DNA of 64,000 nt from Chrysomallon squamiferum (lineage: Eukaryota; Animalia; Mollusca). The notes beneath the pieces are model-generated. The model had not been told where the DNA came from. It did not search any database and worked only from the letters and a program-made list of their open reading frames with translations. Shown here piece after piece: positions 57,550 through 64,000 of this stretch (the stretch's first letter is position 1; every line of letters begins with the position of its first letter). The position numbers and the translations under genes are program-made. The stretch is from the NCBI GenBank assembly GCA_012295275.1, contig CM022670.1, positions 9,486,001 through 9,550,000 of the forward strand, given 5' to 3'.

Positions 57550-57680
57550 CTTTAATCTTTGGATAACAAAATCAGAAGATCTCCTCAGTTGTGAATTAAA
57601 TCAAAATTATATCATTGCAATCTAGTATTTACGAAAATAAGTTGATTTTTTTTGGTAATCATTAAAAAGCCAACATGTTT
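57550..57680 (-). other. KIF4: Probable non-coding first exon of KIF4
   Basis: Strong donor AAG|GTATGT at 57550/57549. The coding exon has an acceptor only 5 nt before the ATG, and promoter motifs lie immediately upstream. The 5' end is approximate. Confidence 0.65.
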
Positions 57681-57742
57681 TGAACTCGCCGCACTGTTAC
57701 AGCCAATGGACGATTGAGTTTGGTGTGCGGACACCTGATTGG
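57679..57742 (-). promoter_or_regulatory. KIF4 promoter: CHR with adjacent GC-rich element and two CCAAT boxes
   Basis: TTTGAA at 57679-57684 next to CGCCGC; CCAAT at 57703-57707 and ATTGG at 57738-57742, 35 bp apart. Confidence 0.62.
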
Positions 57743-58352
57743 AACATTTCATTTTTTTAAATGCACCACCTATAGGACGCAATAGGAACGATAACTCCAG
57801 AAAAATAATTTTCAGTGGCGAATAGAAATCATTATAATGTGAATAATAAATAAAATAATAATAATAATAATAATAATTAATTTATTATTATTATTATTAT
57901 ATCAGTAGTAGTAGTTGTAATAATAGTATATTGCATTTAAAATGATATTAAATCATAATGAAGAAGCATATTTAAAATTCGTCATATAAACATGTAAAAT
58001 CTTCTCTTCAGCATATTTTATCTCCTGAGAAACAACAAGTATAATAAGGCAAAATATAATTTAAGTTATTTGAAAGACATGAAAAATAATATTCCGCCTT
58101 TAAACAGAAAATAATAAAATACTGAGATAGTTTTAGTCGATACCTTTTCACCGCATATGCCATATAAAAATGTTGTCATTAGTTAATATTTATTAAAACG
58201 TTTTTCTGGTAATATGAAGAATAACAATAACAATAACAAAAAATAGCTGTAGTAATAAATAATTAAATGACATCGCTATTAGTTTTAACTGAAACTGAAA
58301 CTGAACTATCTTTGGTTATGTATATTTCAAAGTGTCGAAATTGTATTCTGCA

Positions 58353-58388
<36 letters not shown>

Positions 58389-58559
58389 AATAAGTTCCTT
58401 ACTTTGAAAAGAAAAAACGAGAAAGAAAATTAGAAAAAATATTTGTTAGAATATATTTATTAAACAATGAGGTTCTGAAGCTTCCACTTAACATGGTGAA
58501 GATATCTGGATGCTGCTTTGACTTGACGGGTTATAACAGTCTGCTGGAATAAAAATAAC

Positions 58560-59060
58560 CAGACGAATAGTGACCTCTAGCTCTCCCAGTCTAGGAATAT
58601 GGCAAAAGGCTGATAACCCTTCGTTGTAAAAAGAAACTACAAACATTGCAGAAACATGAGATGTGAAAAATCATAAGTCAACATGGGGGTGATTGTAAGT
58701 TCAAAAAAACAAACAACAGTTCATGAAAGCCAGCCATATAACATAGTGAGATTATCTTAGCAGAAACCCGAACGTTAATTAGACACTTTTAAAACAAAAG
58801 ACCTTGTTATTTCTGAAATACTGGCTTATTTTGAAATTCATGGTGATGGGAAAGCCAAAACTTGCTCGTTCTGTGAAAGAATCGCACGTCAGAGTACTGA
58901 CACAGAAGTAATTTGACGATCGAGTGAACCAGCACATTTGAAAACAGCAGTTCATGGCATCAGGAATAATTGAGATATACGAAAATGCTTGTTAAACTGG
59001 AGAATGGTTCACCCAAGGGTAACTGGAATTATTTTGGGATGAATCAAACTTGAGGAAAAA
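58560..59060 (+). mobile_element. Highly decayed non-LTR retrotransposon (RTE-like) 5'/APE-endonuclease relic
   Basis: GGCTGATAACCCTTCGTTGTAAAAA resembles RTE 5' leaders. Broken frames give EILAYFEIHGDG and RKCLLNWRMVHPR, reminiscent of APE motifs DILGISEx(H/R)W and KCLxEWxPVxxR. Recognised from memory only. Confidence 0.38.
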
Positions 59061-59384
59061 AAAAAAAAACAAAAATTGCCAAAAACATAAGGAAATTAAG
59101 TAGCCGGTAAATGAAATTTTGTTACAAAAATTCGAAGGTCAATGTCTGTGTACTAGTTTAATAGGCACGCTATAAAGAGAGTACTTGTACATTAAATGGT
59201 AAATAGTTTTCTTTAAAATTATGATACTCGAAAAACCTGCACACTTACAAACGAGCGAACATAATACAGTCTAAAAGCACTGAGATTACAATCTTTGAGA
59301 GTTCACAAGTACTTTTAGTTAGTTTGTTTATTTCACATTCCGGTCCAGTGTTTTAACACCCGTGGCATCTGTTTTTATATTCTA

Positions 59385-59386
<2 letters not shown>

Positions 59387-59463
<77 letters not shown>
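59387..59463. repeat. Compound (GT)n(GA)n microsatellite
   Basis: Directly visible. Confidence 0.97.
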
Positions 59464-59467
<4 letters not shown>

Positions 59468-60091
59468 AATAGACAGAGATTCAGAAATACAGAGATAGAG
59501 AAAGGCAGAGGGAGAGCGACAGAGCCAGACAAAGATAGGACAATTTTATTTCATTAATAACACATCTTTTATGTACGGTTACACTGTGCTCACATAGGTA
59601 TGTACTTCAGAGATAATAACAGTAGAAGTCAGATGCCGCCTAAGTGTACAGTCTTTTTCGGCAAGCAGCAATGGCGTTTTATTATCACCTTCACAGACAG
59701 GCAAAGCATATACCATATATACAGACAAAACAGCTGTAAGAAATGTAGCTTAAAAAAAACACACCGAATAAATAAATAAATAAATAAATAAATGAATGAC
59801 AGTGAAGTAATAAGATCCAAAAATATTATGATTTCAAAAAATGAAAGAAAGGAAGAAAATCCCATTCAAATTCACTTTGAATGAATCATTTTTATTTAGC
59901 CCTAGGACATCATCTTGATGAATACATTGGCTTTTGTTTTTGTTTTATTATTCGTTCATGATTAATTGCGCTCTGTTTATTTAACCGACTTGCAGTTAAA
60001 ACATTAAAAAAATAAATAAATAAATAAAATTAAAAATGTTGGGCGATTGCATTTGTCTATAAATCATTTCCATTATAGAATGTTTTTCTAA

Positions 60092-60122
<31 letters not shown>

Positions 60123-60727
60123 AGTGATGTTAATAAGGAAAGATTATTAAAACTAATAACAAACTGTTGCCTGGAGATCCAATATTATTATGTTTTGCTG
60201 TGTTCAATAACAAAGATTTGCGACACATCGACAACTGCCACACACGACCCGGGACAACCTCAAGAATTCTAAACGTATTGATCGCTATTTAATCTAATTT
60301 ATCACGTCTCTTTGTGCCTTACACTGGGAATTGTTTCAGATATTAATAGTACTTACATCAATAAAAAAAAACAAAAAAAAAAAAAACAATTAGTAGAAAG
60401 TCTACTGATTTTTGTACAATTGTATATAATTATAATCAAACGAAAGCTGTTGGTGACAGTTTCGAAATGACTAATCTCCATGTTTCACAGAAACACAGGT
60501 TATGACATGTAATAAACGTCTGCAAAATACTTTGGAGGCTTCGTTACGGTAAAAACCCTGCAATGACATCCCAAGAGAGAATTCCTTTTTATTAGTAATT
60601 CATGGCAGAGTTTTGAATGGGAAATATAAAACTGAAATATTTCTCGGCGTATTTATCTTGACTCGCAACATATCTGTTTGTGCATTCATGCATTTAGAAC
60701 CTTACAACTGTCAGTTTATTATTAAAA

Positions 60728-60728
<1 letters not shown>

Positions 60729-60795
<67 letters not shown>

Positions 60796-60810
60796 TTTGT
60801 TTGTTTGTTC
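60729..60810. repeat. Compound (TTA)n(TTTA)n(TTTG)n microsatellite; representative of many (TTA)n/(TTTA)n tracts, e.g. 707-740, 1597-1652, 3184-3229, 28961-29007, 45613-45700
   Basis: Directly visible. Confidence 0.93.
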
Positions 60811-61179
60811 GTTTACTTAATTATTATATTATATTTTAAGTCTATAATTATTTCTGCACTTTCAAAAATATAAATGAATGAATAAATAAATAAATAAATA
60901 AAAAAAAATAAACAAATTAATTATCTAAAGATTGTATTTATTTATTTAACTTAAAAAGTTACTGTTTATTCATAAAATTTTGGATCCAAGAAAACAAGAG
61001 TGCTATCGTTTTTCGATAAATTCAAGGTAATATTTTTAATTCATGAATATGTGTGTATGTGTGTGTGTTTTTTTTTCTATCGCCATTATTAAAATGCACA
61101 CCTGTGCTTTTTCTATTAGAAGCATCTATCCATTTCACATCTGCGAAAGTCTCCGTTTTGATTGATTAGAAAACCAAGA

Positions 61180-61758
61180 GAAGCCGCACTGTTGCCATTG
61201 CCACACAGTATAAAAATACAGTAGTGTTTAATTAGGATATTATTGACTGAAAAGAAACTGGTCAGCGAACCGCCCGGTGCTGTTCAACAATGAGGCGAGG
61301 TCGTAAGATGATAATGACAGACAAACACAAGCGAGTTGTTCGTCAGAACCTTAGTTGAACGAACATTTGGCGGTGCACTAAAAACCTTTTCTTTCTCACA
61401 GAAGACGACAGCAAAAACGTTCGCTGAACTGGAATGCTAACAAAATGCACATTTAGTAGCTGGCTTGCGATATAAATATCCTACAGTAACAGTGTTTGCT
61501 GTATGCTGCTAGTACAATGCATCAGTCGGAGTTTAGGATACGAAAACTGTAGTTCTCTTTCAGAAGCAGCGCCACGTGGCGGTAGAATCAGCAGAAGCAG
61601 CAGCAGACGACATTTCCACTCCCGGGAATATTACACTGTAGATATGTTCTGCCTCAAGTTTGGGTGAATTTCATTAACGTGGTGTTTGTGTTTGTGTTCG
61701 ATCTGGAGAATTTTCTGGAATCATACAAATGAAATGAAGTGATCACTGAAAAAACCAA

Positions 61759-61792
<34 letters not shown>

Positions 61793-61816
61793 AACTAAGA
61801 AATACAGCCGGTGAGT
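61180..61816 (+). promoter_or_regulatory. Candidate promoter and non-coding first exon of an unidentified gene running out of the window
   Basis: CpG-rich patch, TATAAATA at 61471, TCAGTC initiator-like motif at ~61523, GCCACGTGGC palindrome at ~61571 and strong donor CCG|GTGAGT at 61811. No coding exon identified downstream. Confidence 0.42.
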
Positions 61817-63086
61817 ATTCATTAGCTACTGAAATATTTATAAGTTAATAGAGTTACATATTTTGAATATGTATTTGTTCTATAAATATAAGAATTGTCA
61901 GAAAATCTATATTAAAACAATTTATTAATACGAAATAATTAAGTAAATAAATAAATGTCAGTTTTTAGGAAATATTTTAGTACCTTTTTACGGTTGAAAA
62001 AAAAAAATTCAACACCCAATGAACACTAAGAACAAAAAAGAAAAGAAAAGAAAAAAAAAAAGAAAGAAAGAAAAAAAAAAAAGAGAATAAGTAAAGAAAA
62101 AAGAAAAATACGTGAAAGAAATCCAGCCACAAAATACATACACAAACCAAATACTCATCATCGTGGAGAAAAATATTAATGTTTTTAATTATTGAATAAT
62201 GTATTTTTTTTTTTTTAAATAATAAATAAATAAATAACCACAACAACAACAACAAAAAGCAATCACGTTTCACTATCACTGAATGAGATTTATTTTTTCT
62301 GGCCGCTGACATTTTACAAAAATCATGGCCTGCAGTAATATATTGGAATACGTCTTTGGCTACGGTCATTAATTTAATAAGAAATAAAATAACTTAAAAA
62401 AAAAAAAAATAAATAAACAGCGAAGTGTAAAACAAAAACGTCTGAAGTGAAAGCAGTTTAGGATAAACAAATCTATAGATTTAAGAAATTAAATATTCTT
62501 CTGTATATATTAAACATGAAATGAATTAAAAACTGTAGAAAGAAAAAACCTGTTAACAGTGTATGTCATATGGAAATAATGCGCTTTGATTTTTACACAC
62601 ATTTCAAAAGGATATTGAGTTGTAAAGCATAAATTGCCAATTACAAATTGCATACGTATAAATCTCATATATACAATATCTACAATATATATATATATAT
62701 ATATACTTTGTACAATGAGTGTTTAATACGATGTTAAGAGGGATGGCATGTTAATATAACTAGCTGAAAATGACGCATTATTGCAGAGGAATGTTTTAAC
62801 ACATGTATTTGACGTTGTATTTTAAGTTTTACGGTTTTATTGCCTTTCAAATAAATTAGTAGAAGTTAGCTGGAAAGAAGTAATAAGCGCATAGCCAGTA
62901 TTCAGTATAATGTGAGCAGATTGTCACACATCAGCTATTTGTAATGCTCTTACTGAGTGATAAAAATGTTGCTCTGTATATGAATTACGTAAAATATTTG
63001 CTTTATTTTACATATGTGTTTTTAATTTTTATTGTCTCTGTCTTATCCTACATAAACTGTTTGTGTGTTTGTTTGTCAGTCTCTTA

Positions 63087-63088
<2 letters not shown>

Positions 63089-63144
<56 letters not shown>
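63089..63144. repeat. (CA)n microsatellite
   Basis: Directly visible. Confidence 0.97.
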
Positions 63145-63148
<4 letters not shown>

Positions 63149-64000
63149 CATTATTTCTAATCCAAATATTTATTTGTATACAGAATCATTGTCGCCACAA
63201 ATATCATAATCATCATTACCATCATCATCTTACTTTTTGTGCCTGTTTTTGTACAACGTAATTATCTCAATCTCTCTCTCTTTCTCTCTGTCTAGTATTT
63301 CAGTCGCATTCTATTATCAATATCATTATCTTCAGTTCTCTCTCAGCACATTGTCCTTTGTCTTTCTACATCTGTTTTCACCCTCACTGCACTTTGTCTC
63401 AATCTCTCTCTCTCTCGACCACATTGTCATATGCCTATATAAATCTGTTTTGTCGTCAAATCATCGTCATCTTTTGCTCTTCAAGGTGTTCAAAATCCAC
63501 TTTTCAAATAAACAAAGTTTTTACTTAATCCTTTCTCAGTATTTTGTTTTTGCATTGTTCGTCAAAATTCTTCACGATACATTTCTATTTCTGTCATTCT
63601 TTATTATTGTATTTTTTCCCCTTGTTGTTTCTTTTATTTTTTCGTTCATTTCATTTTTCCTTGACATTAGAAATGGGAAATGAAATAATAAATACATTTA
63701 TTTATTTTTGAGAATTTGAACGTCAATGCTGAAATTTCTTTTATCATTAAAAGAATTCTATATTTTTAATAAAGCTTGCATTGTAAAATACATCAGCAAA
63801 GAAGAATACATGAAACACATTTTGAAATAAACTTAAATATGTTTCTTTATGTAACCATAAGGGAAAGGAAATTATATTTTAATCTACTTAACGTATTTTG
63901 ATGGAATCATGCATTGTAAAGGAAGAAATAAAATAGGAAATAAAAGAAAAAGAATCAGTACAGGATATGGAACTGTGTAATTATTATTGATTTTAATGAA

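Noticed and set aside
60613-63683. Hydrophobic F/L/I/Y-rich ORFs (60613, 61977, 63237, and similar ones such as 690 and 41875) as membrane proteins
   Set aside because: They arise from poly-T/(TTA)n low-complexity DNA and lack homology or splice support.

Overview
AT-rich, intron-containing animal genomic DNA, probably an invertebrate such as a mollusc or other lophotrochozoan (inferred from composition and gene structure, not proven). It is not prokaryotic, and most ORF-track entries are exon fragments or microsatellite artefacts. Splicing GT-AG exons by hand gives seven recognisable genes: HDAC3 (5' part, -), FBXO4 (+), DSCC1 (-), DCTD (-), HMMR/RHAMM (-), IK/RED (+) and KIF4 (-). About 6 kb of intergenic DNA follows, with a decayed LINE-like relic and a probable non-coding first exon of another gene. 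Main points: (1) a dense cluster of proliferation and mitosis genes with phase-appropriate promoter motifs (E2F at DSCC1 and DCTD; CHR or CDE-CHR plus CCAAT at HMMR and KIF4); (2) KIF4 appears to lack the conserved C-terminal Cys-rich Fe-S domain; (3) two related TA-flanked MITEs resemble mammalian Tigger4/Zombi termini; (4) smaller oddities include HDAC3 KPYR, a DCTD uORF, a candidate PTC-introducing 3' splice site in IK and a GC donor in HMMR. I found no evidence for a wholly new biological system. Exon boundaries were read manually and may be off by a few bases.
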